In this document: piece after piece, positions 35,650-37,947 of the stretch | How positions within the stretch are numbered: the first letter of the stretch is position 1 | Layout: every line of letters starts with the position of its first letter | Assembly (NCBI GenBank): GCA_003990765.1 | Contig: RBNJ01000173.1 | Span: 1-37,947, forward strand | Length of the DNA: 37,947 nt | Direction of reading: 5' to 3' | From: Jimgerdemannia flammicorona | Lineage: Eukaryota | Translations under genes and position numbers: made by a program | The notes under the pieces: generated by a model | What the model saw: only the letters and a program-made list of their open reading frames with translations | Databases searched by the model: none | What the model was told of the DNA's origin: nothing

Positions 35650-36784
35650 ACATTGCCAGTATTATGCCAGATGATATGATGCTTGGTGGCAGTACACTTG
35701 TTGCACTGCAGTACAAATGCTCTGGCAGCACTCTTAAATGAGCAGCTTGAAGTCAATGAGTGGCTGGTCCCAGTGGAAGTAGAAGAAACAGATGGGGAAG
35801 GTGAAACCTTATATGCTCACTTGACCTCTTTTACAGAACCCACTGTCTCAGCAGGGGCTAGGGGACAAGGACCCTGGTGGGCCTTCATAGATACACCAAG
35901 GCATCCAGAACAGCTATGGCAGTTCAGCATGATAAAGGCTAAAGTCACACTCACCACCTTCACCTTTCCCACAGCCCCTGTAGACATGGCAATAGAGAGT
36001 AGGAGGGTGGAGATACTCTTTTTCAGTTGGGCAAAACTGGTAGCAGCAGAAGCAAATATGCATTTGACACCTGAAGTAATAATCTCAGGGTGTTTCCCAA
36101 GCTCCTTGACCATAGCTTTGTGGGCAGTGGTGAAAATCCCATCTTGTAGAGAAGAGAATGTGAGGACAGTCAGGTAGACAGTGGCAGCAGCAGTCTTAGT
36201 GATGGCAGCAGTGGCAAGATAGTGAGATTGATGTATGACAATGTCAAAACCTCAGAGGAGGAACAAGATAGTTCTTGCTCATTCAGAGGTGGAAACAGTG
36301 TAAATATTCTTATACAGTCCCTGAGTAGTATCTTTGGAAATCCCAAAGAAGGTGAGGAATTCAGATGACACACTTATGACTTGTCAATTTTAGCATGCTG
36401 GTCCTTAGTATGCTGAGTGGCAGTAATATTGGTGGTTATGGCAGCCTCAACTGTGGCCATGGTGCAGCACTTAGCTTCTGCCAAAGCAGTAGCAAGGGCA
36501 GTATCACACTGCTCCTCAGAAAGGAGGATGATCAAAGCAGTGACCTTCTTGGAAGGAGTAAACTTCCAATCAGCAACTTGGGCCCATAAAAACTCAGTGT
36601 GGCATTTCTTTGCAGTGATGACCTCAAGGACAGAAAGCACTCCAGTGCAAGCAGTATAGAAGAGAACAGAGACCTCAGCAGATGTGGCAGCGATATAGGC
36701 TGCCAGGTTGTTGAACTCTACCAAATTGGCAAAGAAAGCCGGGGAGATAGCAGTATTGCCATTTACATTCATATTGTCTGTCAT
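35650..36784 (-). pseudogene. Upstream ORF1 relic of Penelope-like element 2 (Ala-rich, probably helical, with a low-complexity tail)
   Basis: ATG at 36784 immediately follows the 5' direct repeat. Fragments 36374-36784 and 35817-36113 lie on the same strand as RT. No family motif recognised. Confidence 0.55.
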
Positions 36785-37878
36785 ATTGTATATTATAAAA
36801 TAAGTAGAGAATAGAGAAATAGTTTAGAGTGAGATGTAATACTGTTACAGTAGATATGAAGATCAGCAGTAAAGGGTCAAGTAGTAGAAAATGATAAGCT
36901 TATGTAAATTTTCATAATGGAATAAGAAAGCAGAATAAAGTTTTTTCCAAAGCAAGGTACAATAGATCTGCAACCTGCCCTTGGCACCACAATATATAGT
37001 GGTCTTTATTCAAAATTAAGAAAAAAGTTTGGATAAACAAAAACATGGATCTAACCTCAGAATTCCAGAATTGGATCAGTATATAAGTACCTGGACCTTG
37101 CCCCAATCCAAACAATGATCCGAATTGGGCTTCATCAATCTATACACATGATGGGCCATTAAAAACCCAATACAGTAACAATTGGGAAAAGGTACTGGTC
37201 ATATGATCTAATGTTATACAATTAGTAAACAATGCTAAAAATAGAACTAAACCAATGATATATCATATGTCATCACGTGATTGTCACTTATAGATTAAAA
37301 ATCTAAAAATCATTAGCACCTAAAGGCACAGGTATCAGACCTAGAGCCTTATGACTGGAGTGAAGTAGAGCCTCAGCACCAGAAGTAGAGATAGATAGGT
37401 ATCACAGAGTATAGGTATGTAGGCATTAGGCCTAGAGCCTCATACCAGAGATTGTCTAGCGATTTTTCACATTTTTAATCTATAAGTGACAATCATGTGA
37501 CAACATGTGATACATCATTAGTCTAGTTCATTTTTAGCATTGTTTACTAATTGTGTAATATTAGATTATATGACCAGTATCTTTTCCTGATTGTTACTAT
37601 ATTGGGTTTTTAATGATCCATCATGTGTATAGATTGATGTAGCCCAATTCAGACCATTGTTTGGATTGGGGCAAGGTCCAGATACTTATACACTGATCTC
37701 ATTCCAGAATTCTGAGATTAGATCCATGTCTTTGTTTACCCAAACTTTGTTCTCAATTTTGAATAAAGACTACCATGTATTGTGGTACTGAGGATGAGTT
37801 ACAGATCTATTGCACCTTGCTTTAGAAAAAACTTTATTCTGCTTCCTTGTTCCATCATAAAAATTCACATAAGCTTAT

Positions 37879-37880
<2 letters not shown>

Positions 37881-37947
<67 letters not shown>
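37881..37947. repeat. Terminal poly-T run (a second one at 1-24); probable contig ends
   Basis: The window both starts and ends in a T homopolymer. Confidence 0.8.

Larger units (their letters stand above)
32850..37879 (-). mobile_element. Penelope-like retroelement 2 (no recognisable endonuclease), same architecture as element 1, with a (TAA)n 3' tail
   Basis: Direct repeats 32886-33588 and 36791-37478 (~700 bp). 37471-37879 is the inverted copy of ~36891-37301. (TTA)n at 32850-32890. Confidence 0.9.

Noticed and set aside
37085..37140. Hammerhead ribozyme in the pLTR of element 2 (- strand TTGATGAAGCCC...GGGGCAAGG with a stem between)
   Set aside because: All three copies have TTGATG rather than CTGATGA, and none has the GAAA core. 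It cannot be supported without a consensus and an Infernal search.
32886..37478. LTR retrotransposon bounded by ~700-bp direct repeats
   Set aside because: No TG...CA ends, protease or integrase. The PLE-type RT, inverted extra copy and (TAA)n tail indicate pseudo-LTRs.
37881..37947. Poly-T as a retroelement poly-A tail or telomere
   Set aside because: It lies at the window edge, as does the run at 1-24. Homopolymers are common here and no telomeric repeat is present, so an assembly break is more likely.

Overview
This is eukaryotic, intron-containing fungal DNA. A TE-rich early-diverging fungus (Mucoromycota-like) is my inference, not something the sequence shows directly. The left half (1-21088) retains CpG and is built from local direct and inverted duplications of one module: an intronless gene combining three CX2CX6C (Zn2Cys6-type) half-motifs with a C-terminal CCHC zinc knuckle, a spacer, and an 8-exon MDR-family oxidoreductase. 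It holds two open Zn-finger ORFs, one pseudogene, one knuckle-only mini-ORF, one intact and one pseudogenised oxidoreductase, an RPC19 (AC19) pseudogene and a decayed PIF/Harbinger transposon. The right half (21089-end) is a nest of mostly CpG-depleted retroelements: two LTR-like segments, a Ty3/Gypsy relic and two divergent Penelope-like elements with no recognisable endonuclease. Both Penelope-like elements share a foldback architecture (A'-B-A-ORF1-RT-B-A) and an identical 11-nt motif at the inversion junction. Element boundaries and alignments were read by eye and are approximate.
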